This document shows, in pieces, positions 19,259 through 28,696 of a stretch of 64,000 bases of DNA (position 1 is the first letter of the stretch; the number at the start of each line of letters is the position of its first letter). The notes below the pieces were generated by a model that worked only from the letters and a program-made list of their open reading frames with translations, made no database searches and was not told the origin of the DNA. This DNA is from Candidatus Moraniibacteriota bacterium (GTDB lineage Bacteria; Patescibacteriota; Minisyncoccia; Moranbacterales; UBA1568). Location: NCBI GenBank assembly GCA_052035095.1, contig JBPOHW010000005.1, positions 30,269 to 94,268 on the forward strand, in the 5' to 3' direction. Position numbers and translations under genes: made by a program.

Positions 19259-20418
19259 AGATGTCCCTCCCCGACAGCCGAGCGGAGGAGTTTATCGGAA
19301 AAATGATGCCACGAAAAACGCTCGACCCGCTCCTTCCCGCGCTTCGCGAGCAACTCGCGCAGTTCTCGATTCGACAGTATATTTCGAACTACCATGGCAA
19401 TATCATCGGTATCATCCGGATGGCAATAGAGCGCCGCGTCTCCACCCACTTCCGGAAGCGACGATGTCTTCGATGTAACGACCGGCGTTCCGACACTCAT
19501 CGCCTCCAACACGGGGAGCCCGAATCCTTCATACCGCGACGGAAACAAAAAGACCCGCGCGTTCACGTAGAGCGCCGGCAATTCTCTCTGCGGCACAAAA
19601 CCGAGAAGACGCACAAATCGTGTCAGGTCAAGTTCCCTCACAAGTCTCTCGACATCCGTAACGAGCGGCGCGAGCTCCGGCATGAGCTTCCCTGAAATAA
19701 CAAGGGGCGGAATGGCGGGCGTCATATGGTCGGACTTCTCCCGATCAAGGAGCTTGCGATACGCGCGAAGCACGCCTTCGGCATTCTTCCGCACCTCGAG
19801 CCCGCCGCCGTGGTAGAGATAGCCGGGCGAGAGGTGGTATTTTTGCATCACTTCGGCGCTTCGTTCATCGGTAACACGCCGCTTGAAAATCGGATCGACA
19901 TCGGGACGATTGATCGAAATACGAGAGGGCGGAATACCGAGGTGCTGTACGAGATCCTTCTCGGTCCGCGACGATACGGCGTAGATCTTGTCTGCCTGCC
20001 GGATACCGCGCTCAATACTCCTCCAGTCAAGTCGCTTCCGCCAATTGTTTTGATATTCCGGAAAGAGCTTCGGAATAATATCGTGTACCACCATCAGGTG
20101 ACGGATATTTTTTGGCATCACGGTCGCCGACTGAGAGAGGCTGATAAAAGCATCGCACCCGTCGCGCTTCGCCGCTTCCGGCAAAAGGAAACGCTCCCAC
20201 CAGAGTTTCCGCACCAAATCATCTCGCCGCCACGGCGGCAAAAACGCCCGACGCTCGAAGTGCCGCGGAATACCGAGTTCATCGGGTATCTCTTCTTCCG
20301 AATACAAGACAAACTCCGCCCGCGAACTCTCTCCGACGCTCCGCAAAAAATGAAGCGTCACCTGCCCGATCCCCGTATAGGGCTTCCGCACAAACGACGC
20401 ATTGATGCCGATACGCAT
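19255..20418 (-). CDS. Glycosyltransferase family 4
   Basis: [27 protein letters not shown]. Confidence 0.92.
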   Translation of the reverse strand: MRIGINASFVRKPYTGIGQVTLHFLRSVGESSRAEFVLYSEEEIPDELGIPRHFERRAFLPPWRRDDLVRKLWWERFLLPEAAKRDGCDAFISLSQSATVMPKNIRHLMVVHDIIPKLFPEYQNNWRKRLDWRSIERGIRQADKIYAVSSRTEKDLVQHLGIPPSRISINRPDVDPIFKRRVTDERSAEVMQKYHLSPGYLYHGGGLEVRKNAEGVLRAYRKLLDREKSDHMTPAIPPLVISGKLMPELAPLVTDVERLVRELDLTRFVRLLGFVPQRELPALYVNARVFLFPSRYEGFGLPVLEAMSVGTPVVTSKTSSLPEVGGDAALYCHPDDTDDIAMVVRNILSNRELRELLAKRGKERVERFSWHHFSDKLLRSAVGEGHL

Positions 20419-20482
20419 AGAACTGTGTTAATCTCCCTCTATTGTAGCACGGAAAGAAAGAAAAAGGGGATGCATCATTCTT

Positions 20483-20510
20483 GTAGAGACATAAAATTTT
20501 ACGTCTCTAT
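20483..20510. repeat. GTAG-type REP-like palindrome
   Basis: GTAGAGAC-ataaaattttac-GTCTCTAT; second copy at 49934. Confidence 0.55.
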
Positions 20511-20521
20511 AGAATCGCCTC

Positions 20522-21016
20522 TCATTTCTCTAACACCAAAAACGAATAGCGGAATCCGTCCGATTCTCCATCTTCTCGTCTGACGGTTTTTGGAAAGAGC
20601 GATTCGTATTCCGGAAAGAAGACGTCACCCGAGAAGTTCCCATAAACAAGTGTGAGGTAGAGCCGATCGGCACGTGAAAGCGCCTCTCGATACACCATCC
20701 CGCCCCCAATCACAAACACTTCCTCGCTCCCCGGAAAATCCCTTGCCTTTTGCAGGGCATCTTCGAGCGAAAAAGCAACGATAACGCCAATCGGCGCCTC
20801 CCACGGCGTGTCAGTGAGCACGATATTCGTCCGCCCGGGGAGCGCGCGCCCGATCGAGAGAAAGGTGTTCTTCCCCATAACAATCGGATGCCCCATCGTG
20901 AGCGCCTTGAACTGTTTCAAATCCTCTGAAATATGCCACGGTAATTTCCCGTGATCGCCAATCACTCGATTCCCCTCGCCAATCGCGACGATGATACTGA
21001 TTTTTCTCGGACTCAT
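20522..21016 (-). CDS. folA: Dihydrofolate reductase
   Basis: VIG..GKLPWHISEDLKQFK, MGKNT, LPGRTNIV, IGGG. Confidence 0.95.
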   Translation of the reverse strand: MSPRKISIIVAIGEGNRVIGDHGKLPWHISEDLKQFKALTMGHPIVMGKNTFLSIGRALPGRTNIVLTDTPWEAPIGVIVAFSLEDALQKARDFPGSEEVFVIGGGMVYREALSRADRLYLTLVYGNFSGDVFFPEYESLFPKTVRREDGESDGFRYSFLVLEK

Positions 21017-21040
21017 AAACAAAAATGCGAAGTGCGTCAA

Positions 21041-22054
21041 TTATTTTTTCTCAAATCCGCCTATATTGGCAATTTCGGCGCGAATAGCCGGGTGCGGATC
21101 ATATCCCTCAAGAGAAAAATCTTCAAAGACGAAATCATCTATCTCTTTTCGCCCTGAATTCAATATCAAATTCGGAAATGGTCTTGGCTTTCGAGAAAGT
21201 TGCTCATGAACTTGATCAAAATGATTGCTATAAATATGGGCATCACCGATATTATGAACGAAATCTCCCACTTTCAATCCCGTTACTTGCGCCACCATTC
21301 GAAGAAGAAGTGAGTAACTTGCTATGTTAAACGGAAGGCCAAGAAACGTATCGGCACTCCTCTGATAAAGCCCCAAATTCAAAACTCCATCGCCCGTTAC
21401 GGCAAACTGAAACGTTGTATGACAAAATGGAGGCACTTCATTTGCGTTTCCAGGAGACGCCATTGCATAAATAAAATCCGGATTCCATGCCGACACAACA
21501 TACGACTTTCGAAAAGGCTTGTCCCGGAGTCCCTCAATTAACCATCCGAGTTGGTCTATCTTTCGTCCGTCACTTGCCGGCCATCGGCGCCACATCTTGC
21601 CATACGCCATAATAAGATCGCCCCATTCCTTTACAAACGGACTTTCTTCTGGTTCCAACTTTATCTTTTCAATAAACTCGTCCTGCTCCATATCGGGCAA
21701 GCTCCGATCACGACAAAGTTTGTGATATCGTTTCCATGCCCACTCATCCCAAATATGAACATCTCGATCAACGAGATACTTGATATTTGTATCTCCGCGC
21801 AAAAACCAAAGGAGCTCATGAAGAATGCCTCGAAAGAAAACTTTTTTTGTTGTTAATAGAGGAAAATATTCCCCGACATGAAACCGCATAGAATATCCGA
21901 ATATCGATCGAATAATTGGCGGTTTTTGCCCCTTTTTTCTGTACTGTTCAAAAATTTCCGGCGTGAAAAACACATCTTTATCCGTCCCCCCGTCAAGAAT
22001 ACTTTGCAAAAGATCAAGATACTGATACTCCGGATGTTTCTTTCGTGTTGCCAT
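21041..22054 (-). CDS. thyA: Thymidylate synthase (divergent N-terminal loop)
   Basis: FPLLTTKK, ELLWFLRG, IWDEW, PFCH, YQRSAD..LGLPFN, DAHIYSNH. Confidence 0.93.
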   Translation of the reverse strand: MATRKKHPEYQYLDLLQSILDGGTDKDVFFTPEIFEQYRKKGQKPPIIRSIFGYSMRFHVGEYFPLLTTKKVFFRGILHELLWFLRGDTNIKYLVDRDVHIWDEWAWKRYHKLCRDRSLPDMEQDEFIEKIKLEPEESPFVKEWGDLIMAYGKMWRRWPASDGRKIDQLGWLIEGLRDKPFRKSYVVSAWNPDFIYAMASPGNANEVPPFCHTTFQFAVTGDGVLNLGLYQRSADTFLGLPFNIASYSLLLRMVAQVTGLKVGDFVHNIGDAHIYSNHFDQVHEQLSRKPRPFPNLILNSGRKEIDDFVFEDFSLEGYDPHPAIRAEIANIGGFEKK

Positions 22055-22064
22055 AGGCGTTTTG

Positions 22065-22649
22065 CTACTTTTTAGAAGTCTTCTTTTTCACACCGAGTTT
22101 CTTCGTTTTCTTTGGAAGTGCGAAATTTTTCTTCCAATTGTCGCCACTGAAGCGACCGGTTTTCTCGTAGTCCGTCGACACGGGCGACGAGAGCTCGGAA
22201 AAAGTTAGTTGTGCAATCGGCATTCCTGGACGAAGCACAATAGGGACGATATTGAGATTCGAAAGTTCGAGAGTAATATTCAAGAAGTGCCCCGGATTCA
22301 CGATACCGGCGGTATTATGAACCACGAGCCCGATGCGCGCCAGACTGCTCTTCCCCGACAATTGGATGAGATATTTCTTAGATCCCACGAAGTCGCGCAC
22401 CATTCCCAAAACGGTCGTCCGCGGGTGAAGCACGAAATATTCGCCGTCCTTCACCTCCACTTCATGTGTATTGGCAAAAAGCCCCTTCACCGGATCGATG
22501 AATTCCGTCGTATGCTGATCCGTCACGACAAATTTGTTTCCCAAGAGCACGTCATAGCTTGCCGGTTGAATACGTTTTCGATCAAAGTCCCTCAAAACAA
22601 CATCTCCCGATTCAATCGCTTTCACAATATCCCGATCAGAAAGATACAT
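22065..22649 (-). CDS. dcd: dCTP deaminase
   Basis: MYLSDRDI, IQPASYD, GKSSLARIGL, ITLELSN, IAQL. Confidence 0.9.
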   Translation of the reverse strand: MYLSDRDIVKAIESGDVVLRDFDRKRIQPASYDVLLGNKFVVTDQHTTEFIDPVKGLFANTHEVEVKDGEYFVLHPRTTVLGMVRDFVGSKKYLIQLSGKSSLARIGLVVHNTAGIVNPGHFLNITLELSNLNIVPIVLRPGMPIAQLTFSELSSPVSTDYEKTGRFSGDNWKKNFALPKKTKKLGVKKKTSKK

Positions 22650-22676
22650 AGTCGTTTCATAGCAAATTACTCTGGA

Positions 22677-22792
22677 ATCTTCTCTCATGAACGCCGAGAC
22701 CGCGAAAAATAATTTTTCTCAAGCTTGCTCCGATAGAGAGGAGCATGTGAGAAAAAATATTTTTCGTGGTCGAGGCAACTTTCAAGGGAGGG
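22677..22792. repeat. Palindromic element family B, copy 1
   Basis: GCCGAGACCGCGAAAAATAATTTTT..TGCTCC..GAGGAGCATGTGAGAAAAAATATTTTTCGTGGTCGAGGCAACT. Confidence 0.8.
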
Positions 22793-22812
22793 GAAATAAA
22801 AGTAATTTCGTT

Positions 22813-23490
22813 TCAGTCAATAACAAAAATATTTTCGGTTCCGTAATACTCCGGCCAATGTGCATTGTAGTGCGCAAACATCCGCTCCAATCTCTCCTGT
22901 GGCAATTCTTCAACGCCCAATTTTTTCATAAAGTCCAAAAGCTCTCGTTTCGCGCCCTCCGCTTCATGCGCCTCGTGTACTATTTTTTCGAATTCCGCCA
23001 CATATCCATACCCGGCGTTTCGATCAAGACACACGGAAATGTTTCCCGCGGCGTACTCCTCCCGATCGCGCGACCACTTTGCTTGATATTCAAATCCGGA
23101 TTTGAGTAAGACAGCATCAAGCTCGTCAAGCGAAAGCTCTGGAACCTCCTCTTCAAATTCCATTCGAGAAATACCATTCGAACTCGTTGTATCATCAATG
23201 GACGCCTTCACTACCAAAAGTACCTTCCCATCCGACTGCCGCGTTCGCACGGAGTGATTTTTTCCCTCACTCACGATTCGATGGAAAGACTTTTTCTTCT
23301 CGCCAGAAAAATGAGGCTCCATATTTTTCAAAAATTCCTTCCAATCGCCACCCGTAAAATAGTGGTTGAGCTGCGAAGTCGTCCGAACAAGCTTTGCCGA
23401 TTCGGGAAGTTGCGCGAGCCTCTCCCGTAACGCATCCGCCTTCTCTTTCTCTCCCAAAAGACTTTTTATCTCAATTTCAAAATGTGCCAT
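22813..23490 (-). CDS. CYTH-domain (triphosphate tunnel) protein
   Basis: N-terminal EIEIK (ExExK), QLNHYF, VRTR, AEFE. Confidence 0.8.
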   Translation of the reverse strand: MAHFEIEIKSLLGEKEKADALRERLAQLPESAKLVRTTSQLNHYFTGGDWKEFLKNMEPHFSGEKKKSFHRIVSEGKNHSVRTRQSDGKVLLVVKASIDDTTSSNGISRMEFEEEVPELSLDELDAVLLKSGFEYQAKWSRDREEYAAGNISVCLDRNAGYGYVAEFEKIVHEAHEAEGAKRELLDFMKKLGVEELPQERLERMFAHYNAHWPEYYGTENIFVID

Positions 23491-23640
23491 AAGCAGACAA
23501 CCTTACAGATTACCCCCTCCCCCAGCCCGACCAGTATACACCAAAAACCGCTCCGGAAACACCGGGACGGTTTCTCAAAATATGCAAGGAAATCACAACC
23601 ACCCCAACCATCTACAATTTGTAGACAATTGGGAAGTCCC

Positions 23641-24540
23641 CTACTCCCTTCCCTTTCCCATACGCTCAAACGCGCGGAGGACTTCGAGGGGGACGGCGAA
23701 GACGACGGTATTGGACTGATCGGAAGAAATATCATTGATCGAGTGGAGCGTTCGAAGGTGCAACGATCCGTCATTTTTCGCCAATATACCCGCCGCTTTC
23801 GAGATATTTTCCGCGGCGATGACTTCGCCCTCCGCCTTGATGATGACGGCGCGCCGTTCGCGCTCGGCTTCCGCTTGTTTTCCGATAACGCGCTTCATTT
23901 CTTCGGGGAGTGTTACGTCTTTGAGCTCCACCGAATTCACCTTGACGCCCCACGCATCCGTCGCCTGATCCACAATGCCGCGAATCTTCTCGGCGATCGC
24001 GTCACGATTGGAGAGGAGCTCGTCCAAATCCACTTCACCGACGACATTGCGCATCGTCGTTTGCGCGAGTTGGGAAACCGCGTAGAAAAAATTCTCCACT
24101 TCGATAATCGCTTTTTCCGCGTGTGAAATTTTGTAGTAGATGACCGCGTTTACCGTGACGGAAATATTATCCTTGGTAATCGCCTCCTGATCCGGCACGT
24201 CGACGGCGCGCACCCGCATATCCACTTTCTGATACGACTGAAAAATGGGAACGACGAGTCGCCATCCCGGCTCCATCGTGCCGGTAAATTTCCCGATCGT
24301 AAACTTCACTCCGCGTTCATACTGATTGATCTGCCGAATCGAAATCAATACGACACCAACGACAAGAACCAACACAACCATGATTGGATCCATACGCGTG
24401 GCAAAAAAAGTTAAAAGTTCAAGCAAAGGTCTCCCAAAGAAAAGGAGTGTGAACAGAACGATCACCGGAACCTTGTATCGTTCCAAATCTTTCAATTTGG
24501 CTTTGATTACTTCCTCGTCAAAAGGCGGTTTCGGTTTCAT
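23641..24540 (-). CDS. SPFH/band-7 (stomatin-like) protein
   Basis: QYERGVKF, QEAITKDN, AQTTMRNVVG, QAEAERERRA. Confidence 0.92.
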   Translation of the reverse strand: MKPKPPFDEEVIKAKLKDLERYKVPVIVLFTLLFFGRPLLELLTFFATRMDPIMVVLVLVVGVVLISIRQINQYERGVKFTIGKFTGTMEPGWRLVVPIFQSYQKVDMRVRAVDVPDQEAITKDNISVTVNAVIYYKISHAEKAIIEVENFFYAVSQLAQTTMRNVVGEVDLDELLSNRDAIAEKIRGIVDQATDAWGVKVNSVELKDVTLPEEMKRVIGKQAEAERERRAVIIKAEGEVIAAENISKAAGILAKNDGSLHLRTLHSINDISSDQSNTVVFAVPLEVLRAFERMGKGRE

Positions 24541-24549
24541 ATCACGATA

Positions 24550-25836
24550 TCATTTCACTTTTTCTCGCATCACTTCGAGCGCCCGATCAAGCTGGGGATC
24601 GCGATCGGCGTCATAATCTTCGTCCGTGCGATCCACCTCGATATCGGGAGCGATTCCTTCTTTGTTGATCTGATGACCGTTCGGGGTAAGCCACCGCGCG
24701 ACCGTCACCTTGAGCGAGGTATCCTTGGTAACCTTGACCAGTTCCTGCACCGAGCCCTTGCCGAAAGATTTCTTACCAAGGAGCGTCACGTCGTCCCGAT
24801 TCTCCCGAAGCGCCGCCGAGAGAATTTCCGCGGCGCTCGCCGAACCCTCATTGATCAACACCACGATCGGGACGGTTCTCAAGAGCTCCCCGTTTTTGAC
24901 ATCGTAGGTACGGAGAAGCTCTCGATTCCCTTTTCCATCCTCTTCAATCGCCACCGTCTTTCCCTTGGGGAGGAAAAAGCTCCCGATATCCACCGTCGCG
25001 TCAAGGCGACCACCGGAATTGTTGCGGAGATCAATTACAACGCCGCGTGGCGGACGAGCATGGAGCGTGTCCACGGCGCGCTTCACTTCATTCGCCGTCT
25101 CATCACCGAATTGATTGATTTTGAGAATCAAGATCTCGCCGTCCTTCCAATCGAGTTTAACGCTTTTTACGGTAATGGTATCGCGAACAACAATGAAGTC
25201 TCGCGTTTCTTGTTCGCCCTGACGAAAAATGGTGAGCTTCACTTCCGTCTCCTTCTTGCCGCGCATTTTTTTGACAGCAACGTCGACATTCATTCCCTCG
25301 GTGCTTTCATCGTTTATCTTTACCACCTTGTCGCCAGAACGAAGCCCGGCACGTTCCGCCGGCATATCTTCAAGCGGCGCTATTATGGTAAGCATTTTAT
25401 CTTTCATGCCGACCTCGGCCCCAATTCCCTCGAAGCTCCCCGCGAGTTCCTCATCAAAGAGCGTGTTTTCTTCCGGATCAAAAAAGGTGGTATAGGGATC
25501 GTCGGTCGCCGCAAGCATTCCCTTGATCGCGCCATAGAACAACGCGGTTCCATCAAGCTTTTCGCGATCGACAAATCGCTCATGCAAAAGATCCCAGGTC
25601 TTCCAAAAAATACTCATATCGGGATGCTCCGCGTTTTTTTCGGAAGAAGAAAAGAGCGTCGAAGACGGCAAAGAAAAACCCCGCGCGGCATCCCCTTCCG
25701 TTTTTCCCCGTTCAACACCCGCGAAATACGCGATAACGACCAAAAATGTGATCGCAAAAAGCGTAATAAACGAGTGTCGCTTTTTTTGGCGCCCCATCCC
25801 TGTTTTGTTTTCAACTTCTTGTGGCGTCATTTCCAT
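24550..25836 (-). CDS. ctpA: S41 carboxy-terminal processing protease
   Basis: DPYT, GIGAEV PDZ, DLRNNSGG, SASAAEI, FGKGSVQ. Confidence 0.9.
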   Translation of the reverse strand: MEMTPQEVENKTGMGRQKKRHSFITLFAITFLVVIAYFAGVERGKTEGDAARGFSLPSSTLFSSSEKNAEHPDMSIFWKTWDLLHERFVDREKLDGTALFYGAIKGMLAATDDPYTTFFDPEENTLFDEELAGSFEGIGAEVGMKDKMLTIIAPLEDMPAERAGLRSGDKVVKINDESTEGMNVDVAVKKMRGKKETEVKLTIFRQGEQETRDFIVVRDTITVKSVKLDWKDGEILILKINQFGDETANEVKRAVDTLHARPPRGVVIDLRNNSGGRLDATVDIGSFFLPKGKTVAIEEDGKGNRELLRTYDVKNGELLRTVPIVVLINEGSASAAEILSAALRENRDDVTLLGKKSFGKGSVQELVKVTKDTSLKVTVARWLTPNGHQINKEGIAPDIEVDRTDEDYDADRDPQLDRALEVMREKVK

Positions 25837-25925
25837 AGAATATGTTACTTGCCCACCCCGTAAAGACTCCGAACCTCAAAAGAACTCTCGAAAAATAGTT
25901 CCCTAAAACCGAATTATCTTGAAGA

Positions 25926-26050
25926 CTTCTATCATGCGCGCCGAGACTGCAAAAAATAATTTTTCGAAAGCTTGCTCCGAGCCCAACGAGGAGCATGTGA
26001 GAAAAATTATTTTTTGCAGTCGAGGCAACTCACAAGGTAGCAGAGAGATT
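25926..26050. repeat. Palindromic element family B, copy 2
   Basis: CTTCTATCATGCGCGCCGAGACTGCAAAAAATAATTTTT..TGCTCC..GAGGAGCATGTGAGAAAAATTATTTTTTGCAGTCGAGGCAACTCACAAG. Confidence 0.8.
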
Positions 26051-26072
26051 AGGCACATTGGTACAGAACCCT

Positions 26073-27272
26073 CTAGGGAAGCTTTTTGAAAAACTCGTGA
26101 ATTCGATCGTAATTGTCACCCTTGGGAAGGAGAATATAGCCGGCGGCACCGGTATCTTGCGGCGCGTAAAGCAGTCCATTTTCGGAATTGTCCACCACGA
26201 CATCCTCCGAAAGCTTCACATCTTTATTCTCGAGGTAGAGATCGAAAAACTGTTTCAGTTCCCATGCTTCCATATCGGTTCGCGCGTTATCACCCAAGCT
26301 GTCAAGCATCGCGTTTACCTTGCCAAAATCCGAAAGCGTCCCGAGACTCAAGGCTTTCTCCTGAAGCGCCTGGAGAATCGAGTGTTGTCGTTTCGCCCGT
26401 TCGAAATCGTTCGACGTCACGCGCGCCCGCGCGTAACAGAGCGCTCGCTCGCCATTCAGAACGCTCGTCCCAGCGGGGAGATCAAAGACGCCGCCGCACT
26501 CGACATCCTTATTATAACAGAGCGGGTACGATTCAACGATTCGGCGCCGTCCGCTCGGTGTCGTCACATATTTGTGCTCGTATTGAAGCGGGCTCGTCGG
26601 CACCGTAAACACATTCGGATCGCAAACGTGTGGCTCTCGAAACTGAAGCGGCTCGGTAAACGGCGCGTCAAGCGTCACCGATACCCCACCCACCGCGTCC
26701 ACGAGCTCCTCGAATCCTTTAAAATCAATCGACGCAGCATAGTGAATCGGGACGCCCGTCACCTCGGAAAGAATTGTCTTCATCGCCTCGAGTCCCTGCC
26801 CATCGCCTTTTTGTTCGCCGTAATGATGGACCGCGTTGATCTTCTGTTTGTCCGACGTGCCGGGAACGGTCACGTAGAGATCGCGCGGAATGGAAACGAG
26901 CGACGCGCGCGCCGTATCGTTCTCATCCTTTTTCGGATGAAAGGATAACACCATAATCGTATCGGCGAGAAGGCCGCCGCCCTCGACTCCTTTCCCTCGC
27001 ATACCGAGAAGCACCATATTGATCCGCCCCTCCTCCTCGCCGGCGAGTTTCTTATCGACACCCGGCAATGAATTCACGATATTTGAAAAAATGCTCCCAT
27101 TTGGCGCGATACGCTGCACCAAAGAACCCGCCTTCCAAAACGCCACTCCTCCGAGAATCAGAAGAACGACAACTATGCCGATCATCCATTTAGCAAGACG
27201 ACGCTTTTTGGGTTCGGCTTTTTTTGACGGTTGGAAAAGAGGCGGTTTGGCAATCGGTTCGAAAGAAGTCAT
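26073..27272 (-). CDS. LCP (LytR-CpsA-Psr) family glycopolymer transferase
   Basis: DTIMV, SIPRDLYV, KINA, VDAVGGV, YARAR, DFERAKRQ. Confidence 0.9.
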   Translation of the reverse strand: MTSFEPIAKPPLFQPSKKAEPKKRRLAKWMIGIVVVLLILGGVAFWKAGSLVQRIAPNGSIFSNIVNSLPGVDKKLAGEEEGRINMVLLGMRGKGVEGGGLLADTIMVLSFHPKKDENDTARASLVSIPRDLYVTVPGTSDKQKINAVHHYGEQKGDGQGLEAMKTILSEVTGVPIHYAASIDFKGFEELVDAVGGVSVTLDAPFTEPLQFREPHVCDPNVFTVPTSPLQYEHKYVTTPSGRRRIVESYPLCYNKDVECGGVFDLPAGTSVLNGERALCYARARVTSNDFERAKRQHSILQALQEKALSLGTLSDFGKVNAMLDSLGDNARTDMEAWELKQFFDLYLENKDVKLSEDVVVDNSENGLLYAPQDTGAAGYILLPKGDNYDRIHEFFKKLP

Positions 27273-27302
27273 ACGCGCGAAGAAAAAAATAAACTCGAAA
27301 AG

Positions 27303-28469
27303 TCACGAAACTGTCTTTTTATGAAAACATATTTTCTCATATGAAGCAAGAAGGCTTCTCGCGCTCTGTTCCCACGAAAAGAAACGTGCCCGAACAAGTC
27401 CCTTTTGGATAAGCGTCTCGCGAATCGATCCGGAAAGGCACGCCGTTCGAAGCGCGGCGGAAAACGCCTCCGCATCATCCGTCGAGACAAATAGTGCCGC
27501 GTCCCCTCCCGCCTCCCGAAGCGCCGGGATATCCGAAGCGACGACCGGTACATCTTGACTCATCGCTTCGAGTATCGGGATGCCGAATCCTTCATAGCGC
27601 GAAGGAAATATGAAGGCTCTGGCAAAAGCAAAAACCCATGGGAGATCCTGCTGATCGACAAATCCCGGAAACACCACCGCAGACTCGAGGTCAAGGCACC
27701 GCAGTGCCTCGTCAATCTCAGGATCACTATGGTGCCCCGTTCGATTCCCCACCAAAACCAGTCCGAGCTCGGAATCTTCCGCTCGAATTTGAGCAAACGC
27801 CTTAAGGAGAGCGGGAATGTTTTTTCGCGGTTGAAGCGTCCCGACATACAAGAGAAATGTTTTCGGCAGATGATATTTCTTCCGAATCGACTCGCGACTT
27901 TCCGAGTCCATCGCGCGCTCTTCAAAAAATTCCGGAGCCACCGCATTGTACACGACCGATATTTTCTCTTTCAGGTCGCCATAATACCGAATAATTTCTT
28001 GTTTGGTAAATTCCGACGGCGCAACAATGAGATCGGCGCGCCGGAGACTGTGAGGAATGAGCATGTTCAAGAACAGTCGATCGAGAGGCGCGATATACTC
28101 CGGAAACGCGCAAAAGGAAACGTCATGAATATGCGTCACCACTTTTGTCCTTTTCGGCACAAAAAACGGCACGATATATTGCGTGTGATAGATATCAATC
28201 GCGTTTTTTCGGAGATATCGCGGCACATACCACACATTCCAGTCGAATTTGTTGTTCGCCGGAAGCGTCACGAAACGAACATTCTTTCTCCCGACAATAC
28301 CAAGGCGCTTTTCGATATCGCGAAGCGCCTCATCGGACCGCTCTTCAAGAAACAAAAAGTATTCATTCTCCGAATCCAACTTCACCAACTCGCGAACGAG
28401 ATTCAAAAACACCACCTCGTCCCCGGTGCGTCGCTTCCCGATATTTCGAATGTCAATGCCAATGTTCAT
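27303..28469 (-). CDS. Glycosyltransferase family 4
   Basis: [32 protein letters not shown]. Confidence 0.92.
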   Translation of the reverse strand: MNIGIDIRNIGKRRTGDEVVFLNLVRELVKLDSENEYFLFLEERSDEALRDIEKRLGIVGRKNVRFVTLPANNKFDWNVWYVPRYLRKNAIDIYHTQYIVPFFVPKRTKVVTHIHDVSFCAFPEYIAPLDRLFLNMLIPHSLRRADLIVAPSEFTKQEIIRYYGDLKEKISVVYNAVAPEFFEERAMDSESRESIRKKYHLPKTFLLYVGTLQPRKNIPALLKAFAQIRAEDSELGLVLVGNRTGHHSDPEIDEALRCLDLESAVVFPGFVDQQDLPWVFAFARAFIFPSRYEGFGIPILEAMSQDVPVVASDIPALREAGGDAALFVSTDDAEAFSAALRTACLSGSIRETLIQKGLVRARFFSWEQSARSLLASYEKICFHKKTVS

Positions 28470-28539
28470 AGAAAGAGATGTACGGCTTTACACGTTGCCC
28501 GTGATCAAAAATCTTGTATCGTATCCATTTCGCTAAACA

Positions 28540-28670
28540 ACCACCCTACCCTTCGGGCACCCCTCCACCGGAGGGGAATTTTTTGCGCATTCATTCCCCT
28601 CCGGTGGAGGGGCGAGGGGGTGGTAGCTCTCCGGTGGAGGGGGTAGGGGGTGGTAACTCTGCGATGAAGG
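28540..28670. repeat. REPIN-like GC-rich palindrome cluster 1 (DUF559-associated family)
   Basis: ACCACCC..CCCTTCGGGCACCCCTCCACCGGAGGGGAAT-spacer-ATTCCCCTCCGGTGGAGGGG..AGGGGGTGGT. Confidence 0.85.
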
Positions 28671-28696
28671 CAGTGGCTCCCCATTTCTCATGCCGA

